From: Octopus bimaculoides | Taxonomy: Eukaryota | NCBI RefSeq assembly: GCF_001194135.2 | Contig: NC_068990.1 | Span: 5,308,635 to 5,352,097 of the forward strand | Direction: 5' to 3' | Length of the DNA: 43,463 bases | The notes under the pieces: model-generated | Databases searched by the model: none | Told to the model about the DNA's origin: nothing | The model's input: only the letters and a program-made list of their open reading frames with translations | Translations under genes and position numbers: made by a program | Part shown: piece by piece, positions 12,100-25,368 of the stretch | Layout of the letters: the number at the start of each line of letters is the position of its first letter | Numbering within the stretch: position 1 is the first letter of the stretch

Positions 12100-12489
12100 T
12101 AAAGAGTAAATGTAGATGTTATCCATTAGTTTAGACATGTAGACAAAGAAAAGGAATAGGAGAGAGCAATAACAGCAGAAAGGCAAGAGATGTGTAGCTG
12201 AGAGGAGAAACAACATAAGTGTATATCTGCTCAGCTGGCAAAGGAAGGTAATGGGGGGAAAGAGAGGCAGAGAGAATGAAGGAGAGGAAGAGAGGAGAGA
12301 GTCAGAGAGAGGGAGCACTAAAAGACTAGAATGGATGGGTGAAGGAATCAAGAAAAGTTGATAGAGAGCAAGGTTGTTTGGGGTAGTGTTTGGTAGGGAG
12401 TGATTAGCAATTGTTGAGCTGAACAAAGGTGAGAGTAGGTGATGAATGTCAATAAAAGTGGCCCAAAAGAGAGAGAAAGAGTGAGTGAA

Positions 12490-12520
<31 letters not shown>

Positions 12521-12540
12521 AAGANNNNNNNNNNNNNNNN

Positions 12541-12597
<57 letters not shown>

Positions 12598-12890
12598 TGT
12601 GTGTGTGTGTGTGTGTGATGGCTGGCAGTACAGAATAAAGAGGGTATTGGGTACAGACTGTTTGATGCATTTTCATGTATATGGTCGAAAGATGGGAAGA
12701 TATAGTGGGGAGATGAGAATCTTCAGGGCTTAGGGAAGTGTACAAGATTCAGGTTGATGAGGATGATGCAGACAGCATAGGTAGTAAGGTAATGCGAGAA
12801 GGAATGATAATAAGACAGGAGAAAGATGTGAGCAATACCCAAATAAAAGTTGGAGACAAAGATGCAGGATGAAGGAAAGCAAATGTGTGC
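12100..12890 (-). repeat. Degenerate purine-rich repeat (probable LINE 3' UTR relic) containing (GA)n(GT)n microsatellite and a small gap
   Basis: Strong strand bias similar to 2480-2690 and 22860-23190; (GA)n/(GT)n at 12480-12617. Confidence 0.4.
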
Positions 12891-14651
12891 TTGCTTGTAT
12901 GTATGTATGTATGTATGTATGTATGTTTGTGTGTGCATGTGTGTGCGTGTATGTGTGTGTGCATGTATGTGTGTCTTCTATTTTTAATTATTATAAATCT
13001 TCCACTGAGGAGGGAACTGGTTTTCCACAAAGATACAAGGCTCCATCTTTGGGATGTAGTTAACACAGACAACTTCACATTTGAAAAGAGTAATATAAAA
13101 CATAGATTCAGAGAATTATGTGATTATCACAGTAAGCTCCCCATTCAGAATCTGCTATCAGTCTGTAGTAATCAATTACAATGCAGCATAATTTAATGTG
13201 TCCATGTAATTGAAAATCCAGAAATCTGAATGATAACTTTTTCTATGAGGAGTGAATAAAGCATAAAAATCAATAAATGTGAGAGAAGATAAATTTATTT
13301 ATCCATATGACCTTTTCCTTGAATTAATTTCAGAATGCAAAAATTATACATACATGTTTGCTCTAAAATGTATGCTTTTTAGTTTTTTTTTTTGTTTATT
13401 GGTTGGATGTATTGGGGTGGGTAGTTGTGGGTTATCCATAAGAAAAGAGGAAATAGTGTGATAAAAGTATTTCTTGATATGGTTAGATCCCCTATACTTT
13501 AATTCTTTATTGGAAGCAAATTAATAAAAAATATTACAGAATTTACTTTACTTATGAATTTTATGTCTAGGTAGTTCTGTTATGATTAATTTTCCATTAT
13601 CATCTGACAAACTAAACTGTTGTCAGTAGAGATATAGAAAATTAACATTGCAACTCATCATGATACATGATATAATATGTTGTATTTAATCTGAAATTTG
13701 TATTCATCAATATTTTAGTCATGCAAGATATCTGTACATAGTGGTGATGACTAATATCTCTGATAACTTTTTATTACACTCATCAATCATACAACATAAT
13801 CTTTCTTTTGTTTCTTGTAATAAAGTATTGTGCTCTAAGATAGCAAGTTTTCCAACATTAAGTATTGCTGAGTAAAGGCTGCTTTTAATTGTATCTTCAA
13901 ATATCATCATGTTGCTATGAAGCAACTGTTCTATTTTACTCAAAGTAGATATTATTTTTCTGTTTTCAGCATGGATTAATTTCAATGTAATCAACAAAAC
14001 CTTGTTTAGTTTGGGTTTCATGCTATAGAATAGCATGATAAATTTTGACAAAATATTTGCTATTTTTGAAATTGCCTAATTAGAAATTATTCTTGTGCTG
14101 TTATCTGCCTTTCCATATCTTTTTCTTTGTTTACAGATAAATTTTTGATTAACTGAAATATTATGATTATTATTATCATTACAGAGGTAGAAATGCAAAT
14201 GTTATGCTAAAGTTCCCTCTAGTATTTACTACTATCCTTTTGCATGCTAATGACTTTGAATGTTCATTTGTGCACTTATCAAGAAGATACTTCACTCAAT
14301 ATACTTGGTTTTGCTTGGTTCAATTATATGGCATGTTATTTCCAGTGAGTTACTGGCATCTTCTTTAAGATGCATCTGTACCAGAGGATGCAACACAACC
14401 AGTTGTATAGTATCCCACTTGCAAGGGACCAATGAAAGATGGGTCAAAACAATCGCTGCGATGTATAAAGATTCTCTTGAATTCCCTTTTCCATTTCCCT
14501 CATTCATTATAAACTCAACGAACACTGTGGAATTCCTGAGGTAGATCCAGTGAGACTTATATCAACACTATGGATAACATCAGGTAGCCTAAACAATGAA
14601 AGTGCTTTAATTGGCATACTACCAGGTGTATAACAAAAGTCTAAGTAATTA

Positions 14652-14694
<43 letters not shown>

Positions 14695-15294
14695 ATTCGT
14701 GTGTGTGCACGCACACATATTTATACTTTAAAGAATGTTGTGTAAGAATGGAACAATGTATTAAGGTACAAAGTAAACTATTGTAGTTTATTTTGTATCT
14801 TCTTGTGTTGCTCCACCCTCACACAACAACCTTCTATAAAGTTATACCACAAAATGCTTCACTAAAACTACCTCATTTTAACACACACACACACACACAC
14901 AGCTATAAAATCGATTTTCTGGAATGTTTGATTACAAAGCTTTCCCAGAGTACTAATTATTCCAAACAAGGAGTGGTCAACTGCAAATTAGGCAAATGCA
15001 TTAAATTGACTTGATTTCCATAAGTATAAATAAGTGGTTCCCAACCTGTGGTCTGCAGACCCCTGATGGTACACAATGGCAGTACTGGGGGGTCTGTCAG
15101 CCTGTTAAGGCAACAGACTTTTCAACATACTGGGAAATGTGGCTATCCACTAAACCAGTCTAACAGCTGAGGAAATTAAAGTTCTTCATAAATTGATGTG
15201 AATTATAAGAGGTTCTGGATATGCGTATACATATGCATATGACTTAATGCCAGTTTAAACTAGCCTGAATATATGTGTATATATATATATATAA

Positions 15295-15541
15295 TTTTAG
15301 GGAAAATAACCAATATTCAAGAACTCATCGATGAAAATCCACTATCACATATAGAAAAATTAATAATTAAAAGCACAATAAATGAGTATAATATAAAGTA
15401 AAGTAAATATTATATTTATCTTATGATATTTACTTTACTTTATATTATACTCATTTATTGTGCTTTTAATTATTAATTTTTCTATATGTGATAGTGGATT
15501 TTCATCGATGAGTTCTTGAAAATTGGTTATTTTCCCTAAAA
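15295..15541. repeat. Near-perfect palindrome: 116-bp arms, 15-nt spacer, flanked by (TA)n
   Basis: 15295-15410 is the reverse complement of 15426-15541 with one internal mismatch (ACCAATATTC vs ACCAATTTTC). Confidence 0.95.
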
Positions 15542-15564
15542 CTATATATATTTTATATATACTT

Positions 15565-15893
15565 NNNNNNNNNNNNNNNNNNNNNNNNNNNNNNNNNNNN
15601 NNNNNNNNNNNNNNNNNNNNNNNNNNNNNNNNNNNNNNNNNNNNNNNNNNNNNNNNNNNNNNNNNNNNNNNNNNNNNNNNNNNNNNNNNNNNNNNNNNNN
15701 NNNNNNNNNNNNNNNNNNNNNNNNNNNNNNNNNNNNNNNNNNNNNNNNNNNNNNNNNNNNNNNNNNNNNNNNNNNNNNNNNNNNNNNNNNNNNNNNNNNN
15801 NNNNNNNNNNNNNNNNNNNNNNNNNNNNNNNNNNNNNNNNNNNNNNNNNNNNNNNNNNNNNNNNNNNNNNNNNNNNNNNNNNNNNNNNNNNNN
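15565..15893. other. Assembly gap (N run)
   Basis: Ns. Confidence 1.
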
Positions 15894-16464
15894 ATATATA
15901 TATATATATATATAACACAAAGTTTGTGTGTGTGCGTATGTTCCTTATGGATTCAAAATGAGGTTGGGTCACACAAGTTTGAGGTCTTTAGCTAAGGAAG
16001 GCAACTCTACCTCTGAGTCGGAGCAAAAATGAGAAAATGTTTAAAATATATGGAATTTTACCAAGGAATGAAACTTTGAAGATATATAATCAGCTTTATT
16101 AGTATTATATAGTAGATATGACGTCAAAGGTAGTGCATATGAAGAGAAGGGGTAAAGAAATCAATAAGGAGAGGACTAATAAAGGAGAAATATAGAGTGA
16201 TATGTGAGTTAAATAAATGTGCAAAGGCTTGGAAATAGATATCTCTATTGGAAGTAGAGTGAAAGAAGAACTAAATGCTCAAACTATATAGATTGGCAGA
16301 AATCACCTATACGAGCTATTTTACACCATTTATTCCTTTGGAATGATACCAATGTTGTCTTTGAAACATATGTAGGAAGTATAATTTGAATAACACCTGC
16401 ATTTAATTCCATTTATTTATATATATATATATATACATATGTGTGTGTGTGTACATATTTGTGT

Positions 16465-16685
16465 GTGTTTGTTCGTGTTTGTCACCCCCAACATCACTTG
16501 CCAACCAATGCTGGTGTGTTTATGTCCCTCTAACTTGGCAGTTCAGTAAAAGTGACTGATAGAATAAGTACTAGACTTACAAAGAATAAGGCATGGGGTC
16601 GATTTCGTTGACTCACACCTTTTAAGGTGGTGTTTCAGCAGAGCAACAGTCAACTGACTGAAACAAGTAAAAAGAGTAGAAAAAA
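16465..16685 (+). mobile_element. tRNA-derived SINE, 3' half, followed by (GACA)n
   Basis: Matches the 3' half of 28900-29330 (GATAGAATAAGTACT...GACTGAAACAAGTAAAA). Confidence 0.75.
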
Positions 16686-16689
16686 GGGA

Positions 16690-16742
<53 letters not shown>

Positions 16743-18084
16743 TAGCATAACATAGAGTAAACTTCCAAGTTCAAGAAAATTCAAGTGTGCACCAGGAATT
16801 TCTAATTCATCAACTGAAAAATCTACCAACATGTTCAGATAGCATTCAGAATGATGCATCTGTTGTGAATATCTCCTGCCATAAGGAGAACTATTGTTTT
16901 GTAGTATGTTGGTAATAAAATGAGAATATAAAATTAATCTTCTACAACCAATCAATGATTAGTGTTCTATATATGTGTAGATCAGTGATAGCCTTTTGTT
17001 TTGCATTTGTTGTAGCTCTAAGATCATGGCTATTTTTATACATGCTACTGCCTAAAGAACAAACCACAGTTGTATCTATGCATGAAGGACGTTTCCTGTC
17101 TTGATGCATTTCTATATTAGGAACATAGTATTCTTAACTTTCTGCTTGGATTGTTGTAATTATATCTTTTGTTTCTCACACAATCTCTATCAAACACTCT
17201 ATTTCCAGTTCCTTCTTAGCATGAATCGCAGGGCAATATCCAATCTTTTTTGTTGAGTTCTTCATTAGTCTTTCTTTACTTAATACTGCATTTTCAACAA
17301 ACTATTTGGTTTTCACAGCATTTCTCACAGTAAGAATAAAAAGTGAGAATCTAAATCGATGCAGAAAATCTCTCTCAGAAAATCGATCTCAAATACACTT
17401 CACAAATGTTTATCATTGCTTCTGTACTGATACTTTTCTTTCAAAATTCATACAGTAGACAATGGCGAACATATTATTTCATAATATTTTTATCCTCCAT
17501 GGGGTTAATTACCAAAATAACTATAAATGACACACTACCAGATAGAACAGATGATATACTATCTCTAGACAGTTCCCATCTGAGGTAATTGATTGATTCA
17601 TATTTCATAGTGGTGAAAAAATATAATTACTTTCCGAACTTCCTAATACATTGACACACAAATACACACATACATACATTTAGGCCACATCAACCTAGTT
17701 GCAAATTTTGCATATGCTGTGGATACCACATTTTCAAGGACCTTCATATTAAATGTGTGCTAGCTATGAGTTCTATTTAAATGGTTTTGTATATGCTCAA
17801 TCATTATATTTTCTTCAACTTTTAAAAAACGATTGGTTGCTTAAATAATTGGAATATTTCCTTGAAGGAATATTCTTTAAATGAAAGAAATTGAATGGCA
17901 ATGGTGAATTAGCAAATTTTGCTTATGTCAGATGCTAATTAATAGACTTACTATTCTATTTCTCTATTTTAATCCATCAAATTCATTATACATTAATTGA
18001 GGTTTATTATTTTTCTCATACATTGGAATGAGTCAAATTATTACTAATTTAGTGGTCATGATGTTAGGTCCATGATTATAAGGT

Positions 18085-18345
18085 TAACCAACTTTGCAGT
18101 GGAATAAGAATTCCAATAACGTATTTGCATAGGCACATGATTAAAGGTGACATAGTAGGTGATCAGTATGGAAAACATGTTTGTTTATTCTGCCAAGAAT
18201 TCATTTGATACTGATATCTGCCATCCATTCACACTTCGTATTCACAATGGCTGCCAGTAAATCTCAATGCCAGTCATTAAAGTATGTCCTTTGCAGCTGA
18301 TCTATTTGTGCATGGAGAAGTTTATGTAGCTCAGTTGGAAACTAT
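18085..18345 (+). mobile_element. Helitron PIF1-like helicase C-terminal remnant (frameshifted)
   Basis: Fragments LCSGIRIPITYLHRHMIKGDI, FVFTMAASKSQCQSLK and LFVHGEVYVA correspond to LCNGTRL, FAMTINKSQGQSL and FSHGQLYVA motifs in the expected order. Confidence 0.6.
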
Positions 18346-18689
18346 ATAAGATGATGCAGATTTAATAATAGTAATGGTGGTGGTGGCAGTTGACCAAACC
18401 AAAAAACTGTTTCCATTTGTGTTTCAAATTGCTGATTCTGTCTGTTGGTCACAACTCTTGGGAGCAAATATCACTGTTTTTCAATGATGAGGTAAAATTT
18501 GAACTCAGAATGCACAATACCAAAATAGACACATAAGGCATTCAACCTGATGCTTTAACAATTCTACCAATCCAGTGTCCTGTAGTGTGCTGTTTTAATA
18601 AAAACCCTGAAAGAATGAAAGGTAACGCTGACTCTTGCAGGCAATAAATTAAAAAGTTAACATAAGCTTGCAGACCATATTTCCTATTT

Positions 18690-18812
18690 TGCATATAAAA
18701 TAAATCTAAATGAAGATGGAGTCTGGTGCAGCCTTCCAAATTGCCAGCCCTGGTCAAACCATCCAACCCATGCCAGCATGGACAATAGATGCTAGATGAT
18801 GATGATGATGAT

Positions 18813-18864
<52 letters not shown>

Positions 18865-18875
18865 GTGGTGGTGGT
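18690..18875 (+). mobile_element. RTE-type 3' tail with (GAT/GAC)n microsatellite
   Basis: CCATCCAACCCATGCCAGCATGGA followed by GAT/GAC triplet run. Confidence 0.65.
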
Positions 18876-19539
18876 TTTGGATAAGATGCTGCTAAATATT
18901 TTCAAGAAATATTAATTTTTTTTGGATTTGTACACAAGTTTTTCTGCTTCTACTTATCTGTGGGCTATCATTTCTGCTCTCTTATCTGATGGAAGGCACA
19001 TTTATTCGTTGTAAAAAGAATGCCAGATATCAGATTATAAGTTCATAGAGATGCACTTTTTCTGCAATATAGCAAACATGGATGGCATGCACAAATACAT
19101 ACATACCTACATTTTTTTCTCGAGTTTAAAATGCGGCATTGTTTTTGTTATCTACATTCCAACAATGGAGCTTTGTATCTTTGTTAGAAACCAGCACCTT
19201 CCTCAGAGGAAGAATATGAATAATTAAAAACAGAAGAGTACATTCAGCTATATATGCTATATATGTGTGTATATATGCTATATATGGTGTATACATCATA
19301 TATATGCTATCAATAAACTAGTAGTGAAAGAACATATTTATCAAGTGCTCATGTGTTACTCACAAATATTACCCCATTTTTCAGCTAGCACTAACATAGC
19401 TTTCTCACTTAGAGCCAATATTTCTTAATACCCAACATAATAGGTTTTATGTGTACAACCGTTCATGTTACTGGGGCTGTTCACAAATAACGAATAGTGA
19501 TAAGTAGAAAATATATTGACAGTCGATATTTTCTACACA

Positions 19540-19945
19540 TGTAATAAGGGAACCTAATGGGCGTTGTCATGTAACTAAATTGATTAGATACCGGATCAAT
19601 AATCATATATAAGGGACATTCTCAGGTATCTATGGTGATAAATAACAACAGCAATGATCACATCTAAGGGATTTTCTCAGATATCTAAATTAATTAATAA
19701 CAATAACTCTATATAAGAGATGTTCTTGGGTGCTCAAAATAAATAATAATAAGAACGACAATAACCACATCTAAAGAACATTCTTGGGTACCTAAGTTGA
19801 TTGATAACAGAAATAGTGACATCTAAGGGTTGCGTTTGGGTACCTGAATTGATGAATTGATTAATAACAGTGATAACAACATCTAAGGCATGATGTTGGG
19901 TGACAAAATCGATTATTATCAATAACCACAACATATAAGTAAGAC
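19540..19945. repeat. Degenerate minisatellite, ~7-8 units of 49-60 bp
   Basis: Recurrent CATCTAAGG...TTGGGT(A/G)C...AATAAC; anchors at 19610, 19665, 19714, 19772, 19824, 19884, 19936. Confidence 0.75.
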
Positions 19946-20157
19946 AACACCAATCAAGGAAGAAGCATTTCCTAACCAATATTTTATTTTAAGCAAAGCA
20001 GATTATAGTCAATTATATGAGAGACACTGCTGGATATTTTTCTCAAATTTCACCTAAAGATATTTTGAACGCAATTCATTTTATTATCTTTCTAATAATA
20101 ACTATCTTCATTTATAATATATCTCCCCACCACTATCCAACCCTGCCTCGAGTAACA

Positions 20158-20550
20158 TATGCACAGAATGGCACATGTTACTAGTTTTGTGGTTCTGGGT
20201 TCAGTTCCACTGCATGTCATCTTGGGAAAGTGACTTCTACTATGACCTTTGGCCAATAAAACCTTGTAAGTAGGTTTGGTAGACGGAAACTGAAAATAAT
20301 CTGTTGTATGCATATCCACATGTGCGTTCATGCATGCATACGTGTGTTTGTGTTTGTTTCCCACCACTGGTTAACAATTGTTTGTTTATGTGTCTGTGAC
20401 TTAGTGGTTTGGCATTAAAGATCAATAGCATAAGTACCAGACTTAAGAGAAAATATTTATGTAAGTAATGATGTCAATTTGTTTGACTAAAACTCTTGAA
20501 GGCAGTGCCCCAGCATGGTCACTATCCAATGACTGAAACAAGTGAAAAAT
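20158..20550 (+). mobile_element. tRNA-derived SINE, near full length, degenerate
   Basis: B-box-like GGTTCAGTTCC, central TTGGTAGACGGAAACTGAAA, 3' GACTGAAACAAGTGAAAA. Confidence 0.75.
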
Positions 20551-21364
20551 GATCTCTCTCTATATCTACAACAGCTAAGTGGTTATCTATAATGATCTTC
20601 CAATAATTTAAACATTACAATTACAAAATACAAAAAGTTGCCAAATGTAGAATTGCTAAATTGATAATTTCCTACTTGACAAAATATACAAAAATAACAT
20701 ATTTTGTGAGATTATTGGAAGCATTTTATTCAATTCACAAAAGAGTTGATTTTTATTTTCTTACTATTTGTTTAATTTCATTACTTAATTGAACAACCTC
20801 AAATTAGAATTTTTAAATCATGGTCTATGTTTCATTAATTAGCAAACCAAAATAAATCACAGAGTTTACATATATTCTCGAAGTAACTCAATGTCCATGT
20901 TTCCACGTCTTCATATTTGTCTTTAATAGGTCATTGTGTTAGCAGTAAAGCATTTTTATTTACATGTAATGCTCAGAGAGCAAGTCAGCCTGGCTATTGT
21001 CAATGGCCATAAAATGAAATGAAATTGCTTAGCCAGGAATTAAGATTTTATCTTAGACTTTGCAAGCCAAGGAACTTAATACCATAATAAAACCTCAATC
21101 ATCATTTTATTGTAGATTTAATGGCTATTTTTTTTTCTATGCTGGCATATCACTACTCCTGAAGAAGCATGTATATGGAAGCTGCATATTCTTACACATG
21201 CATGCACACACACACACACGTAAATGTATAAAGAACCAGTAGACACTTGTGAGTATAGCATGGTGGCATGTACCATCTGTTCAGTAATTGTCTCAGGTAC
21301 CTGTAAAGCTGTAAGCAGACATAGAAACCCACGCAGTCTGTGTGTGTGTGAGGGAGAGAGAGAG

Positions 21365-21408
<44 letters not shown>

Positions 21409-21614
21409 CATGTATATATGTNNNNNNNNNNGTGTGTGTGTGTGTGGGGGGGGGGTTGTATATACACACATATATGATAAAAAAAAGTAAAAATAAGCTG
21501 TGGAGAAATAAGTCAAGAGGCCAGCAGCATTTATTTGAATAACAAAGATGAATTAGTTTCTAATAAATATCATACAAGGTAAATTCGTGATTTATTGAAA
21601 TTATCTTCACTTCT

Positions 21615-21860
21615 AGACTAGGTGATGTGAGAAGGCATGACAGCACTCTCTCTAGAGACACACCCAAAGACCATCACCTGGCCATGACTTCGTAGTCTCT
21701 GTTGCAGCTGTCCATATCATACAGTATTGACTGAGCATTGAACAGCAGTCATGATGTCAGCATTTTGATACCCAGCTCAAATCATCATAACACAGATGAC
21801 TCTTTTCCAATATTCAAATGGCTTCAAGTCCTCTATGCCAGCTAACATCTTCTCAACTTC
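21615..21860 (-). mobile_element. Tc1/mariner-superfamily transposase fragment (internally deleted)
   Basis: Minus strand gives KRVICVMMI*AGYQNADIMTAVQCSVNTV (HTH-like) and VMVFGCVSRESAVMPSHI (cf. VMV.GVVS.EG.VMPP). Confidence 0.5.
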
Positions 21861-22009
21861 AACTTTAATCTTTATGCTCTTCAATGCCATTGACTATTCA
21901 TCAATGCATCAAGCTGTTCCTGAAAAAAAGGGAGACATAAAATTTTATCAAATTTAGCTCAAACACCCTTTATATGTCTGTATATATATTATATCTTCTA
22001 TTTATCATG

Positions 22010-22850
22010 GCTCTCCTGATAATAACAGTCACTCATGAGAACTCCTTTATGCTGATAACCCTGTTTTTATAGCTGAAACTGTGGTAAAATTAGAAAAGAA
22101 ATTCCATGTGGGGAAGTGAAATTTGGAATCAAAGAACCTTAAACTTAGCAAAGACTGAAGTTCTAGTAAGCAGGAAATCAAACAGGATGCTGATACTATC
22201 TGGTAAATGGTTGTGCTGGATATGTTTCAAAGGTGTAGAAAATTCCATACAATGTTCTCAGTGAAAATTGCACACACATAAGATATGCAGTGCTACCACA
22301 AGAAAGTTAACAGAGAAAGCAGAATTTGTTTTTTGCAGATATGTAGAAACAATAAACACTAACAACTTACAATAAACAGAGTTCCTCAAAACCCCAGGAG
22401 TATCCTTAGATGTAATAGATATTTTCTGTTGTCCAGGTGATATAAATAGCAGTGGAGGTGGATGTTCTGAAAGAATAGTTACTAGAATGAGAAATAGATG
22501 GAGAACACTCAAAGAGTTATTACCTTAGTGGGTAACGAAAGGCCTGTCTCTCAGAGTGAAAAGTAGATTAGACAATGTTTCGTATGAACAGCAATGTTGT
22601 ATGGTTGTGAAACTTGGGCAGTGAAAGCAGGGGACATGCAAAGACTAGAAAGAAATAAAACAAGCATGCTTCAGTGGATGAGTAATGTCAGTGTAAATGT
22701 ACAATAAAGTACAAAGTGCTAAGAGAAAAATTTGGCATAAGAGGCATCAGATGTGGTATGTAAGATAGAAGACTGCGCTTATATGGTCATGTGATGTGGA
22801 TGGATGTAGACAGCTGCATAAAGCAGTGCTGATCACTAAATGTAGATAAA
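22010..22850 (+). mobile_element. RTE-clade LINE ORF2 3' fragment (RT to C-terminus), degenerate
   Basis: ELLYADN (YADD), LAKTEVLVS, Cys-rich GKWLCWICFKGV..NSIQCSQ segment, SSGGGCSE, AMLYGCETWAV and RRLRLYGHV in RTE order, with stops and frameshifts. Confidence 0.8.
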
Positions 22851-24559
22851 ATGTGTAAGCCATTCATTGGGTCTACAACTGTCTCCATCTCTAACTATTG
22901 TCACTCTCCCTTCACTTTCACAAACAAGCTTATCTACCGACCCTACCTTGTCACTCTTCTATCACTATTTCCTTTCTTATATTCAGTATCCTTGAGGATA
23001 CAATCTCACCATTTTTTCTCCCTTTCTTGCAGGGACAGTCATGTATCTCTTCTCCAATTAGTTGCCTTTTCCTTTCCTTTTATCATACTTTAATATTTCC
23101 CCACTTGATATTTAGCCACCTCTCTCAATACTACACCCTGACTCAGTTGAACGGTTATTTGGTGACCTCACTAATACTGCTGCTTTGATAAAAAGGTACT
23201 CATTACCCTCTGTGAAATATTTGGCTTTAGTAAGGATATCCAGCCATAGTAACCATGCCAAGCAGACATCTGAGCTCAGTGCAGTCCTCTGCAGTTCCTG
23301 TCAAATGTCCAACCCATAGCAGCATGGAAAATGAATGTTAAATGATGATCACGCTTCTTATCATAATGATTATTTCAAATATATAATCATATATATTCAT
23401 ACATAAATATATGTCCAGATATATGCAAAACATTATACATATATAGGTATAATTGCATACATACATAATTCCATACATACATACATACATACATACATAC
23501 ATACATACATACATACATACATGCATATGCATATGGGCATACATACAGAAAATATGTATATGCACATCTATATATATTAAGATGAGTATGAATGGACATA
23601 TTATATACATACAGACCATACACACATGCATACACAAATGTGTATGTATCTACATATGAAGCATATAGTTTTGTTTGTAATCCCGTTCACTTCCTCAGGG
23701 AACATGAACTTCTACGAATGTATTTACTTTGTGTCAAGTGCTTGGCTATTTTTTGCCTTTTCAATGTTTTTCTATTATATTTATATTTTATACTCTATAT
23801 TTACTCTGTTTCACTTTTTTTTCCTTTTTGCTTTACATGTGATCTTTTATTTACAATGTAGATTACTAGTTCAATAGCAATCGACAATACAACTGTTTGT
23901 TCTAAGCTGATAAAGTGCAGATTAGTTGGTTACAAGAACACTTAATTGGTAATCAGATGATGGCTTTCTTAAATAGTTATCATTTCAAGTAGCAACCTAA
24001 CATGACCTGACGGCACCAGGTAGTTACTTTCATTTTCACTTTCGTTTTTCCGATCTCATTGATATGCTCGCATACTTGTATAAATACATATATGTATTGT
24101 GCTCTTACTGGTTTCAGGTAATAAATGCAGTCATGCTGAAGCAACATCTTGAAAGGTTTTTTGATTGATCGTATCAAATCTAGTAATTATATCAGTTGAG
24201 TAATCATTTTATCAATTTTTATTCATCGAAAGGATCAATTACTATTTAGTATACAAGGATACAACTCGATACAACTCGACACACTATCTACACCATCACA
24301 CACATACATAGTTACATGAAAACAACAATGCATATATGTGTACATTGTGTGTATGTGTGTAGATATATATATATACATCATGATCATCATCATCATCATT
24401 ATCCTCATAAGTTAGTAGTTTGACAAAAAATACTGACAGAATAAGTTCCAGGCTTAAAAAGTGTTGGGTTGATTTGTTTGATTAAAAATTTATTTAGTTA
24501 ACTTATTTTTTATAATTAAATCTATAATTAATAGTTAGTGATCTATGCTAGACTATTCC

Positions 24560-25320
24560 CATGACACATAATTTTGGGATGTTGGTTAAAAGGTATATAG
24601 TTCTGTTGCTCTACATTCAGATTGTTTTTGAGATGTTTTTGTGTTTGAATTTTGTTATAGAGTGTGAAGTAGCAACTCCGATGGTCTGTTTTCTTTATTT
24701 AATTTAAGTATGAAGTTCTTGGTTAGTTATTCTTTGAGTTCTTATTATTTCTCATGCTATGTATTAGTGGTTCATCAAATTTTGCTCAATACATTTAGAT
24801 CACTAATTCTGTTTTGTTCTACAGTTTTTGAAGTAGGAAAGTCCATTTTTGGGAGACATTTCTTTGTTTTATAGATTCTAATTTTTAATTTCTATGCTCT
24901 GTTGTCAATAGGCTTAGCATGATTCTCTTTTATTTTTGAGGTTGGTATGTGTAATGACAGGCAGGTGCAGATGTAATAGATGTATTACTCCTGCTATTAT
25001 CTACTGATACCCAGGCAGAATATATGTTTTTAAAGATGTTGACACCACTGGATTGAATAGTATTGCCCTGGTGTCAAAACCTTAATGATATTTGTTAGGC
25101 AGCTGACAATCGCCATATATGTTTGATATGCTTGTTGTCTGTTAATCTTTTATATCTTGGGTTTCCTTATTCTGAATTGTTCTTCATTTCTCATTAGGAT
25201 GAACATGTTTTGGGGTTCATGGTTTATGGTTACTACATATATGATATTGTATGATTGTCTTCATTAGTAATCTTAGTATACTAGGTTGATGCTTAATTAA
25301 TGGCTTCTAGTTTCTGGAAG
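24560..25320 (-). mobile_element. Penelope-like element remnant (GIY-YIG region), heavily decayed
   Basis: Minus-strand fragments KIRIYK, NKTEL and *EIIRT resemble the R..H..SF/TELS.YIW.LK/WEI EN motifs; many stops. Confidence 0.35.
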
Positions 25321-25326
25321 TTCTAT

Positions 25327-25363
<37 letters not shown>

Positions 25364-25368
25364 TTATG

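Noticed and set aside
12885-13196. 103-aa ORF with a protein-like C-terminal half
   Set aside because: 12975-13065 is a dispersed repeat with an inverted homolog at 19152-19237, and the N-terminal part is microsatellite
13970-14190. Two + strand acceptor-like sites (13969, 14137)
   Set aside because: Frames stop within a few to ~20 codons and no credible donor follows
15490-15540. Hammerhead-like CGATGAG...GAAA...GTT in the palindrome arm
   Set aside because: Core is TCGATGA rather than CTGANGA, and no stem I pairing can be formed
19540-19945. CRISPR-like repeat/spacer appearance
   Set aside because: Eukaryotic context, degenerate repeats, spacers similar to each other, no cas genes
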